Made by a program: the position numbers and the translations under genes
Shown here: piece by piece, positions 18,501 to 27,000 of the stretch
Layout: the number at the start of each line of letters is the position of its first letter
How positions within the stretch are numbered: the first letter of the stretch is position 1
From: Nitrospiraceae bacterium
Lineage (GTDB): Bacteria; Hydrogenedentota; Hydrogenedentia; Hydrogenedentales; SLHB01
Assembly (NCBI GenBank): GCA_011682535.1
Contig: JAACEL010000002.1
Span: 1-35,372 of the forward strand
Direction of reading: 5' to 3'
Length of the DNA: 35,372 nucleotides
The notes under the pieces: model-generated
Database searches by the model: none
Seen by the model: only the letters and a program-made list of their open reading frames with translations
Told to the model about the DNA's origin: nothing

Positions 18501-20128
18501 TAGGCGCGGGTGCCGGCCGGCGGCTCCACGGAGCCTTCGCCGCGTACCGCGGTGGTCAACTGATAGGTTTGCCCGTGCTGATCGCAGGTACCGTCGAATT
18601 CCACGAGCACCTCGCGCTCGATGAGCGAGGGGATGTCGAAGCAGAGATTCTCCTGGCTCAACTGGTTGCCGCGCAGGTCGACGCGATCCTGCACAAGGGG
18701 GCTCCCCGTCGGTCCGAGACCCGTGTTGGCGACCAGCGCGCTGATGTCGCTGATCTTGTTGTTCGTGAGCGACAGCACGGTGAGATCCGGCAGACCCGCC
18801 AGCGGCGACAGGCCCGTGATCAGGTTGTCGCCGAGGATCACCACGGCCAGATCCGTGAGGAACGTCAGCGAGGTGATGTCGCTGACCATGTTGCCCGACG
18901 CGTCCACGAATACCAGGTCCTTCATGCCCTGTACCGGCGTGAGCGACGAGATCTGGTTGTCCCACAGTCCCAGGCGCATGACTTTGGTCAGATTCGTGAC
19001 GGGCGTGATGTCGCTGACCATGTTGCCGCCGATGTCCAGTTCGATCAACTCGCGGAAGTCGTCGACGATCCCGATGTTGGCGATTTGGTTGTTGCTGAGG
19101 GTGAGTCGGCGCAGGTTGCGCATCAACCGGAGATCCTCCAAAGCGGCGTCATCCAGTTGGTTGTCGTGCAGGAACAGGGCCAGCATCCCGCCCAGATTCT
19201 CGATACCGCTGAGGCTCGTCAGCTCATTGTCTTGCAGTTCCAGGTAGCTCAGGCCGTACAACTCGTGGATAGGCGTCAAGTCGCTGATGCGGTTGCCCGC
19301 CAGATACAGGGAAGTGATCTTGCCCAGTCCCGACAGTGCGGTGAGGTCGCTGATGCGGTTGCCGCCCAGCAGCAGCATTTCCAGGTTGATGCACGCTTCC
19401 AGTCCCTTGAGATTCTCGATGCCCTTATCGGAAGCGTCGAACGCTTCCAGCCGCGCCAGGTCGACGTCATAGAGATCATCCAGCGGCGAGAGGCCCAGGA
19501 ACAACAGCAGTTGTTTCTTGAGGTTCGGGTCGGGCACGTCGACCAGCAGGCGGCCGCATTCACCTTCGGAGTACACGGTCACTTCGAGCGCCTCGAGCGC
19601 GGGAATGATGGTGCATAGGCCTTCCTGGTTGATGAGGTTACCCGTGACGTTGAGGATATCGCCTGCGCCCAGCGCCGGGTGGCCCGACAGCGGGGAGAGA
19701 TCAACGAGCTTGTTGTCGTGGAAGAACAGGAAACGTAATTCGAGGAGGCCGGCCAGCGGTGAGAGGTCGGAGATCTGGTTCTCCCACATGTAGATGTCGC
19801 GTAACGCAGGGAGCGAAGCGAGCGGAGCGATGTCGTCGATGGCGTTGCCGTACAGGTACACTTCGACGAGGTCGGTGCAGTACTCGAGCCCGGTGAGGTC
19901 TTCGATGCCCCGGAAAGTCGCGTTGAGCGAAGTGAACCCTACGCCGACGAGATCGGTGTCCTCGATGGGGCCCGATGGCTTTCCGATCGTGGTACGGATG
20001 GCCTGCTCGAGGCTGACATCGGGAAAGGTCACCTCGAACGCTTGCACCTGACTCGGGATCACGATTGCCGCGATGGCCAGCAACACCACGCCCGACAAGC
20101 CTTTACAGTCCATTAACGCTCTGCGCAT
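15581..20128 (-). CDS. Large surface protein: internalin-like LRRs, 5 divergent InlB B-repeat-like domains, 3 IPT/TIG domains, carboxypeptidase-regulatory-like domain, C-terminal TM anchor
   Basis: Signal peptide ending VQA; FPDxxL caps; LxxLxLxxNxIxDLxPL repeats. Five Y-x-L...GW[VL]FDxWxG...NP...MD repeats (~17447-18565); three SPxxGxxxGG..V IPT starts; DGLYTFTNVRPGDYTL; hydrophobic tail followed by RR. Confidence 0.88.
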   Translation of the reverse strand: MRRALMDCKGLSGVVLLAIAAIVIPSQVQAFEVTFPDVSLEQAIRTTIGKPSGPIEDTDLVGVGFTSLNATFRGIEDLTGLEYCTDLVEVYLYGNAIDDIAPLASLPALRDIYMWENQISDLSPLAGLLELRFLFFHDNKLVDLSPLSGHPALGAGDILNVTGNLINQEGLCTIIPALEALEVTVYSEGECGRLLVDVPDPNLKKQLLLFLGLSPLDDLYDVDLARLEAFDASDKGIENLKGLEACINLEMLLLGGNRISDLTALSGLGKITSLYLAGNRISDLTPIHELYGLSYLELQDNELTSLSGIENLGGMLALFLHDNQLDDAALEDLRLMRNLRRLTLSNNQIANIGIVDDFRELIELDIGGNMVSDITPVTNLTKVMRLGLWDNQISSLTPVQGMKDLVFVDASGNMVSDITSLTFLTDLAVVILGDNLITGLSPLAGLPDLTVLSLTNNKISDISALVANTGLGPTGSPLVQDRVDLRGNQLSQENLCFDIPSLIEREVLVEFDGTCDQHGQTYQLTTAVRGEGSVEPPAGTRAYSQGTEVTLTATPAEGWVFDRWEGDVTATDNPVVVTMDADKRATAVFLEAAGAYTLTVDVSGNGTTTPTGETDYSEGAEVLITAFPDDEWLFDHWEGDIDLAQAGLNPITLVMNADKTVTAFFVERGPLYPLTTSTIGGGDVQVDPVGENGEYTENTPVSIDAIPQLGWVFDRWEGDVPPGAANPFTIVMDGPKNVVAVFVEDGFDYTLATVVEGNGTIQPAAGFYRYFEGTPVPLSATPQSGWVFDHWKGNLTGEANPTSITMDGDKTITAVFAAAPVTYTLTIGNIIGGGGVNTVNPPPGAYVYAEGKQITLIATPAEGWVFDQWQGDLQGGANPTVITMDDDKNVQAVFRQIPFLGELSPAKGTILGGEAVDILGGRLAEATAVTFGGEAATIVGASDTVLEVLTPPHERGVVDVHVTTPMGDVVAVAGFMFVEPPGPPELGAITPSVGKAVGGEVLSVRGRNLALTRSITFGGVAAQILSAEETRLQVVAPPNAPGFVAVEVTTTTGVHRVEDAYQYLGVPTISALSPDEGHISGGDTVLVQGTALATAQSVEFNTAAATIVNVTDTEIEILTPAHTTAEWVDVTVTTLGGAVTAVDAFEYFEQRSTIVCSVRDSESLDPILDASVRLDPPGRVLTSSVDGLYTFTNVRPGDYTLTVSAQDYAPQTRNVTTVLGQQIAVTFLLESAIDEPGGICGQLFKRLDEKISEPSMPLSVEDSPLAKAAATASLAVRVTAEAAIDPESAWAVAEGGGWFASGGAWLAADAENDGWVVFEPGEPFAPGESVTLTVGAVTVDGDIIGPLSKDFLIAADKALDNVPELVEVDSIEALPEVIAAPQSSVYRVQPAGVFAEPLTLQLPVPAGVSADALDIYYYSETTSHQGWYPADNVVGWMAPESRRTVDVDGQTYIEIQVNHAGVMQLGQAIELALGNTVSIEIGAGGGRAMWLSLGTTLFALSFALGLIVRRNATRA

Positions 20129-20436
20129 TGCTGTCTCCTCGTTCCTGAACGCCTAGAGCCCCCCGTAGCGTTTCGCGCATTCCTACCAAAGGGTCGGCCT
20201 TACTGCGAGTTTACGTTTTCTGATGTAATTTGTAAAGAGATTTTACCCTAAGTCGCCCTTTCAACACCAGTTAAATCGACGCAATCGGACCCCAACAGAG
20301 ACTGTTTGGTCCCTGTTTTTGGGTTCGGGCCTCTCCGTCGAGGGGGAGCGCAGGGCAGGTTACTGAGGAAACGATCGCCAGGCGGCGCGGTAGGATGAAG
20401 GATGTAGTACACGGCAGTAGTCTGGAGGATTCTTGT

Positions 20437-21075
20437 ATGACAAAGAGCGCAAACGCCCGGAATATGCTGTTGATGACCGCTGTGATCGTTGGTTTTGGAC
20501 TGGCCGGTATGGGATGTTCGCCAACGATCCCGTTCGCGTTCGACATCTCTATCAACTTGGGAACGTATGACTTGAGTGCCCTGCAGGTCTACGCGGGGCT
20601 GTTCGCCGGGGCCGAGATTCCCGAGGATTTCGAGGCGCCTGCGTTACCCGTGTGCAACTTGCCCACACAGGAGGAGATCCGGGAGCTGGTGAGCGAAGCC
20701 GCTGGCGATTGGGTGGCTAACCTCATTCATCTCAAGGCGATGAACCTGGTTGCGACCGAACTCACGGCCATATCGGGCGATTTCGACGACCTCACGTACC
20801 TCTCGTTGCAGTGGCAACCCAAACCGTTGGGTGGTGTGGCCCAGCCCTCCGTGAACCTCGGCACGGCCGATTCGGCGTTGGGGCTTGGCACGCAAATCCT
20901 GTTGGGGCCGCCTGTTCCGGTGGATTTCCTGGCACTGATCGAGGATGACGCCGCCAACCCGGCGACGGAGTGTGCTTCGTTGGGCATCGACGTGGACGGC
21001 GTCGTGCCCAGCACCGTCCCCGTGATGGCGGTGACGGTCACGTTGAACGTCGTTGGCGAGGTCCGGCTGCGCTGA
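20437..21075 (+). CDS. Hypothetical lipoprotein
   Basis: GGAGGA RBS + ATG 20437; basic N-terminus, hydrophobic core, LAGMG-C lipobox-like site; no family recognised. Confidence 0.7.
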   Translation: MTKSANARNMLLMTAVIVGFGLAGMGCSPTIPFAFDISINLGTYDLSALQVYAGLFAGAEIPEDFEAPALPVCNLPTQEEIRELVSEAAGDWVANLIHLKAMNLVATELTAISGDFDDLTYLSLQWQPKPLGGVAQPSVNLGTADSALGLGTQILLGPPVPVDFLALIEDDAANPATECASLGIDVDGVVPSTVPVMAVTVTLNVVGEVRLR

Positions 21076-21104
21076 CCGGCTGCCGCGGCCCATTCTTAGA
21101 TGAC

Positions 21105-21133
21105 TTGACGGTTGGTGCGGGGGGGCGCACAAT
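21105..21133 (+). promoter_or_regulatory. Putative sigma70 promoter TTGACG-17-CACAAT for the amr operon
   Basis: -35 at 21105-21110, -10 at 21128-21133; lies upstream of the GAGGTG Shine-Dalgarno and GTG 21154. Confidence 0.5.
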
Positions 21134-21153
21134 GGGGCGAGAGGTGTTGCTTC

Positions 21154-22125
21154 GTGACCGTCCAATGTGAATTGTGCCCCAAGAACTGCGTGATCGCGCC
21201 TGGCCAGAGCGGTGAGTGCCGGATCCGGGTGAATGTGGACGGGCAACTGCTGGCGGTCACCTGCGGGTACCCGTGCTCCGTGCACGTGGATCCCGTCGAG
21301 AAGAAGCCGCTGTACCATTTCCTGCCCGGGTCGAGCATTCTGTCCATTGCCACCGTTGGCTGCAATCTGCACTGCAAGAATTGTCAGAACTGGGAGATCT
21401 CGCAGGAGGATCCGGAAAATGTGCGGGCACGCGAGTTGCCGCCCGCCCTGTTGCCCGAACTGGCCCGCCAGCAGGACTGTGAATCGGTGGCCTACACCTA
21501 TACTGATCCCTGCGCCTACTATGAGTATGCGCTCGACGGTTCAATCGCCGTGCGCGATGCGGGGCTCCGGAATGTGTTGGTGACGGCGGCCTACTGCAAC
21601 CAGGAGCCCTGGAAACGCTTGTGCGCGTACACGGATGGCGCCAATATCGACATCAAATCGATATCGGACCAGTTTTACCGGGACATCTGCTCGGGCCGCC
21701 TGGCTCCGGTGTTGAATGCGTGCGTGGCGGCGAAGTCGATGGCGGTGATGGTGGAGATTACCAATCTGGTGATCCCAACGCTCAACGATTCGGACGATGA
21801 TCTGCGCGAGTTGTGCCGCTGGATCGTCGAGAATCTAGGCAAGGATACGCCGCTGCACTTCTCGCGGTTTTTCCCCCACTACCAGATGCGCAATCTCCCG
21901 CCGACGCCGCCTGAAACGCTCGACCGTGCCAGGGCCATCGCGCTGGCGGAGGGGTTGTACTACGTTTACATCGGCAACCTGTCGCGGCCGGAGGCCGAGC
22001 ACACGTACTGCCATTCCTGCAAGGCGGTCTTGGTGAAGCGCCGAGGCTACCGGGTACTGGAAAACACGGTTCGCGCGGGGGCCTGTCCCCAATGCGGCAC
22101 GGAGGTCTACGGCGTATGGCAATGA
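21154..22125 (+). CDS. amrS: AmmeMemoRadiSam system radical SAM enzyme
   Basis: N-terminal CELCPKNC...GECR, DPVEKKPLYHFLPG, radical SAM GCNLHCKNCQNWEISQ, AYTY, TNLVIP, TPLHFSRFFP, YVYIGN, C-terminal CHSC/CPQC. GTG 21154 is 7 nt after GAGGTG. Confidence 0.92.
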   Translation: MTVQCELCPKNCVIAPGQSGECRIRVNVDGQLLAVTCGYPCSVHVDPVEKKPLYHFLPGSSILSIATVGCNLHCKNCQNWEISQEDPENVRARELPPALLPELARQQDCESVAYTYTDPCAYYEYALDGSIAVRDAGLRNVLVTAAYCNQEPWKRLCAYTDGANIDIKSISDQFYRDICSGRLAPVLNACVAAKSMAVMVEITNLVIPTLNDSDDDLRELCRWIVENLGKDTPLHFSRFFPHYQMRNLPPTPPETLDRARAIALAEGLYYVYIGNLSRPEAEHTYCHSCKAVLVKRRGYRVLENTVRAGACPQCGTEVYGVWQ

Positions 22126-22292
22126 AACGCAGGAGCTTTATCGAGGCGGTGATCGCCGCCCCATGGGTGTGGCTGGCGGCATGCGTGGCGCCGCGCCGCT
22201 GGCGCGAGGCGGTGCGATCACGGCATTATCCCGGACCGGTGGCGCCGCTCGACCCGGCTGAGATCCGGCGGCGGGGCCGGTGGGCGGGGTGA
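22122..22292 (+). CDS. Small (56 aa) protein with twin-arginine motif and lipobox
   Basis: ATGA overlap with the amrS stop (alternative ATG 22116 after GGAGGT); MKRRSFI...WVWLAAC; fills the gap up to amrB/A. Confidence 0.65.
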   Translation: MKRRSFIEAVIAAPWVWLAACVAPRRWREAVRSRHYPGPVAPLDPAEIRRRGRWAG

Positions 22293-22310
22293 TTGATCGA
22301 GGGTGATGCG

Positions 22311-23885
22311 ATGCGGCGGCAACAGCGGGAGCACAGGGTTGGGGCGGCTAGTGTGGCGCGATTCGTGACGGTTTGGACGTTTATGGCGGTCGCGATCTCT
22401 TGCCGCGAGGAGGTGGCCGCCCGGGAACCGGAGGCCGGACCGGTGAAGCGCGTGCTGACGTCCGCCTTGGCGGGGCGTTGGTATACGGACGACGCGGCGG
22501 AGCTTTCCGAGGAACTGGACGGATACCTGGACTCGGTGGATGCGGAGCCGTTGGCGAACGTCCATGCGCTGATCCTGCCTCACGCGGGATACCGCTACTC
22601 CGGGCAGGTGGCCGCGTACGGTGTCAAACAGTTGGCGGGCCAGTCGTTCAAACGGGTCGTGGTGCTGGGGCCATCGCACCGTTTGCGGATGGCCAACCGG
22701 GCGAGCGTGCCGTCGGCCACGCACTATGCGACGCTGCTCGGCGAGGTCCCTCTCGACCTGGACTTCATCGCCGCTCTCAAACGTCATCCCCAGTTCGTGA
22801 CGGTGCCTGAAGCCCACGATGGCGAGCACAGTGTGCAGATCGAGGTGCCGTTACTGCAACGGGCGCTGGGCGCGTTCACGCTTGTGCCGATTGTGGTCGG
22901 CCAGCTTGACGCGGACACCGCGCGCGCGATGGGCGGGATTGTGAAGGGACTGTTGGGGCCGGACACGCTCGTCGTAGTCAGCAGCGACTTCGTCCACTAT
23001 GGGTCGCGGTTCGACTACGTGCCGTTCAAGGACGACGTGGCGGAGAACCTGAAGAAGCTCGATCTGGGCGCATGGGAGTTTATCGAGCGGCGCGATGTGG
23101 CCGGGTGGTATGACTACATTGACGAGACGGGCGCGACCATATGCGGCAGGCACGCGATTGCCGTGTTGCTGCCCATGTTGCCGGACGACTCATCCGCCCA
23201 TCTGCTCCGCTACGACACGTCGGGCCACATTACCAATGACTGGAGCAACTCGGTAAGCTACCTGAGCATCGCGTTCAGGTGTACGTGGGAAAGGGGAACA
23301 CCGATGGAAGCCGAGAAGCCGGACACCGCCACTCTCTCCGAGGACGAGAAGAAGCAGTTGCTGTCCTTAGCGCGGGGGACGTTGGAGTACTATGTCGAGC
23401 ATGACCGCATGCCCAAGCCGGCGGATCTGGGGGTAGCGATCACGGCGGGAATGGAGCAGGTGATGGGCGCGTTTGTGACGCTGCACGAGCACGGACGGCT
23501 GCGCGGCTGCATCGGCGAGATCTTCCCGCGGCGCCCGTTGTACGAGGCCGTCATGGACCACGCCGTGAATTCCGGCATGCGCGACCATCGGTTCACGCCA
23601 GTTGTGGCCGAAGAACTGCCCTTGCTGCACTACGAGATCTCCGCGTTGACGGTTCCCGAACCTGTCGCTTCCTATGAAGACATCGAGATCGGACGGCACG
23701 GCATGGTGATCGAGAAGAACGGGCGTACGGCGGTGTTCTTGCCCCAAGTCGCCCCGCAACAGGGCTGGGACATCGCCGAAACGCTCACTCAGTTGTCGCG
23801 TAAGGCCGGACTGCCCGGCGATGCCTGGAAGGAGGGGGCGGCGTTCACGGTTTTCGAGGCCATCGTGTTCGAGGAGGCGCAGTAG
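22311..23885 (+). CDS. amrB: AmmeMemoRadiSam protein B (MEMO1-like) fused to protein A (AMMECR1-like), with predicted lipoprotein signal
   Basis: MEMO motifs AGRWY, ILPHAGYRYSG, LGPSH, EHS, SSDFVHYG, TICG. AMMECR1 motifs GAFVTL, LRGCIG, DHRF, EISALT, FLPQV, KAGL. N-terminal basic/hydrophobic segment ending VAIS-C. Confidence 0.92.
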   Translation: MRRQQREHRVGAASVARFVTVWTFMAVAISCREEVAAREPEAGPVKRVLTSALAGRWYTDDAAELSEELDGYLDSVDAEPLANVHALILPHAGYRYSGQVAAYGVKQLAGQSFKRVVVLGPSHRLRMANRASVPSATHYATLLGEVPLDLDFIAALKRHPQFVTVPEAHDGEHSVQIEVPLLQRALGAFTLVPIVVGQLDADTARAMGGIVKGLLGPDTLVVVSSDFVHYGSRFDYVPFKDDVAENLKKLDLGAWEFIERRDVAGWYDYIDETGATICGRHAIAVLLPMLPDDSSAHLLRYDTSGHITNDWSNSVSYLSIAFRCTWERGTPMEAEKPDTATLSEDEKKQLLSLARGTLEYYVEHDRMPKPADLGVAITAGMEQVMGAFVTLHEHGRLRGCIGEIFPRRPLYEAVMDHAVNSGMRDHRFTPVVAEELPLLHYEISALTVPEPVASYEDIEIGRHGMVIEKNGRTAVFLPQVAPQQGWDIAETLTQLSRKAGLPGDAWKEGAAFTVFEAIVFEEAQ

Positions 23886-23901
23886 GACGTGGGCGGAAGA
23901 T

Positions 23902-23945
23902 CCCGAACGCCGGGTGGCGTATTGTGGCGCGCCCGAAGTGCTTGG
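23902..23945 (+). repeat. Dispersed intergenic repeat, copy 2
   Basis: CCCGAACGCCGGGTGGCGTATTGTGGCGCGCCCGAAGTGCTTGG, 42/44 identical to 7221-7264. Confidence 0.85.
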
Positions 23946-24059
23946 GTGCTCGAAAGATACGCTCAGCCACGCCGCCACCAAGCGGGTGAGAAGCGACAAC
24001 GCTATGCGACGTAAATGCTGCCGCCCGAAGGGTTCTGGCCGAACTCCTAGGCCTATCAG

Positions 24060-27000
24060 ATGATTGGGGGAAGGGGAGTCTCGGCGGAACGGCCGGCGGG
24101 CCGGATGATCGCGGTCGCGGGGCTGGGCTTCTTCGCGCTTGTCGCGCAGACGCTGTTGTTCCGCGATTTCTTCACGGTCTTCGAAGGCAGTGAGCTGGGG
24201 GTGGGCGCCTTCTTTGGTTCGTGGTTCATCTGGGTGGCGTTGGGGGCGTTGGCGGGGCGGATACCGTCGCGCTTACACGACGCGGCCGCCGGGCATGTGC
24301 GCGTGTTGGCCTTGCTGTACATTCCCGCCTTCGTCTTGCAGCACAGCGTCGTGTTGCACACGCGCGAACTGGCCGGGGTCGAGGCCTACGAACTGTTTCC
24401 CTTCGCCCCGATGCTGATTGCGTCCTTCGCGGTGAACGCCCCAACCAGTTTTCTCACCGGGTCGTTGTTCGCGCTCGCGTGCCGGTGGGTGGCGGAGCAA
24501 TCGAAGCATGCCGTATCGCGCGTTTATATCAGCGAGACGCTGGGGGCATGCGCGGGTGGAGTGTTCGTGACGGTGCTGCTCGTGTGGGGACTGCCGGGCG
24601 AGGCCGTGTTTGCGGCGGCGGCTTGGGCTCTGTGCGCGGTCCTGGGCGTTTCGGCGATGCTGACCGGTTGCCGCCTCCGCGCGGGGCTGGCGATTATGGC
24701 CGTAGTGGGGATGCTTGGGGCTGGGCTGTTCTGCGGCGGCGTGGGTGCGCGCTGGGCGGACTACGAGCAGCGCGCGGCCTGGTCGCGGTTGTTACCGGCG
24801 GAACAATACGGCGGGAGCTTCTCGACGGCGCAGTCGCGGTATCTGTACGGCTGGCGTGAGAATCAACTCATGGTGATCTCGGGCGGCGGCGTGAGCGAGA
24901 CGTTCCCCGGGGATGATCAGGCGGGGGCGGTCGTCGCGTTGCACATGGCGCAGCGGCCCGAGGCGCGCAACGTGTTGGTGTTCGGCGAAAACGCCCTGGG
25001 CATTTGCGCGGCGTTCAAGATGCTTCCGCAGATCCAGCACGTGACCTGGCTGCATCCGGATCGGGCCTATCCCAGGACGTTGATGGAAGCGTTGGCGGAC
25101 GAGGGAAGATCCGCGGCCGGGCCGGACGAGATTCCCCAAAAGGACATTCGCACGTTTGCGCGTGAAACGCAGCGCCGGTTCGATCTGATTGTCTTGAACT
25201 TGCCCGACATGACGACGCTCGTGCTGAACCGCTACGCCACCGTGGAGTTTTTCACGCTGATGGCGTCGATTCTGGAGACAGATGGACTTGTGTCCGTGCG
25301 GGTGTCGGGGGGCGAGAACTATGTCGGCGGCGAGCTGGCGTTGCTGGGCGCTTCGATGCTCGACACGCTCGATGCGGTGTTTCTGAAGACGATCCTGACG
25401 CCTGGTGAGGACACGTGGTTCCTGGCTGCGAACGGCGGCGGCCTGATGGAGCGCCCGGAGTGGCTGGCGCGGCGCTATGCGGGGATCGAGGGCGCCAGTG
25501 CGGTGTATCCGCCGGAGGGTGTTCGCGGGTTGTACCGGCCGGGCCGGGCGGCGTTCCAGATGGACGCGTACCGCGCGGCGATGGCCGAGACGCCGCGGAA
25601 TCTGCTGCGTAACACTGATCGCTCGCCGAAGGCGCTGGCGTATAACCTGTTGCTGGCTGTTAAGCAGGCCGAGTGGCGGCGGTTGGCCCGGTCGCTGCCT
25701 GCGTTGTGGCGGGTGGGACCCTGGCTGTTGGCTGGGCCGGTACTGCTATACGCCCTGCTGCGTCTGGTGTTTTTGCTCAAGACACGGTGGACGACGGGTG
25801 ACGACGGCGTGACCGATTTGAAGTTCCTGGTGTTTACGATGGGTGTGGCGAGCATCTCGCTGAGCATCGTTCTCATGTTTCTGTATCAAGTGCAGTTCGG
25901 GACGTTGTTCCTGCACATGGGTGTCATTACGGCGCTCTTCATGGCTGGTTCGCTTGTCGGAGCGATGGGAAGCGCGCGCTTCCTCACGCGATGGCCCCGG
26001 GGGCCGCTGTTGGTGTGCCTGACCGGTCACCTGTTGCTGTTTGGGGGCGTGGCCTTGCTGCCCGGCGCCGCTTCGCGCGGGACGTACGCCGGACTGTTCG
26101 CGCTGTGCGGTGCGTTCACCGGCGTGTACTTTCCTATCGCGGCGGCGCGGCTGGCGGCGGCCGGGGCGCCGGTGCGTGCGAGCGGTGCGGGACTCGAGAT
26201 GCTCGACCATCTCGGCGGAGCCGTGGGGGCTTCGCTGACGGGATTGGTCCTGCTGCCGATGTGGGGCGCCACGGCGGCCCTGGGCGTGCTGGCCCTGTTG
26301 GTGGGCGTCAACGGTCCCTTGCTGGCATTGAGCCGGACACCCAAGACGCGGGGAGACGCGTTTGACCGCCTGGTGCGTCCAGCCGCCTACGCGACCGCAG
26401 GGGTGGCCATCTATCTGCTGGGTGTGTCGGCCGCGGTGGCACATGGCGAGCCGGCCACAATGGGCGATCCGGTGGTCGATGCGGCGCGCACCATGGCGGG
26501 GGCCACCGAACTGGAGTCCAAGGAAGCTGTGCTGCCGGATGGGACGGCGGTGGTCTACTTCGCCGTGACCGAGTCCGACGACCGCGCCAAGGGCTATGTG
26601 TTCCCCTGCGACCCGTGGGCGTCGAAGGTGTACGGTTATCTTGGCCCTATTCAACTCGCGGCCTACACCGACGCGCAGGGCGTGCTGCTGGATTATGCGG
26701 TGTTGCGTTCGTATGAGACGCCATCTTATCTGTACCACGTGGAATCGTTTCACGACCGCTTGATGGGAGCGAGTCTGTTCACCGCGGGGCCATTCGACGG
26801 CGTGGACGCCGTCAGCGGGGCAACGATCACCGACGTGGCGATTCGCAGGACGCTTACGTTGGCGGGGCAGGGCTTTGCCCGGGACGTGCTGGGCGTGAAC
26901 GGCGAACTCGAGCCTGCACCCGCGCCAAGCGCGGCCGACTTCTTTGGTAGCACCGGCTTTCGTGATTTCGCCGTGTTGGCCGCACTCACGCTCGCCGCCA

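Noticed and set aside
21112-21170. Longer amrS N-terminus or a frameshift from ATG 21132 (MGREVLLRD...)
   Set aside because: A strong GAGGTG Shine-Dalgarno 7 nt before in-frame GTG 21154 and a promoter-like TTGACG-17-CACAAT overlapping the extension explain the region without recoding.
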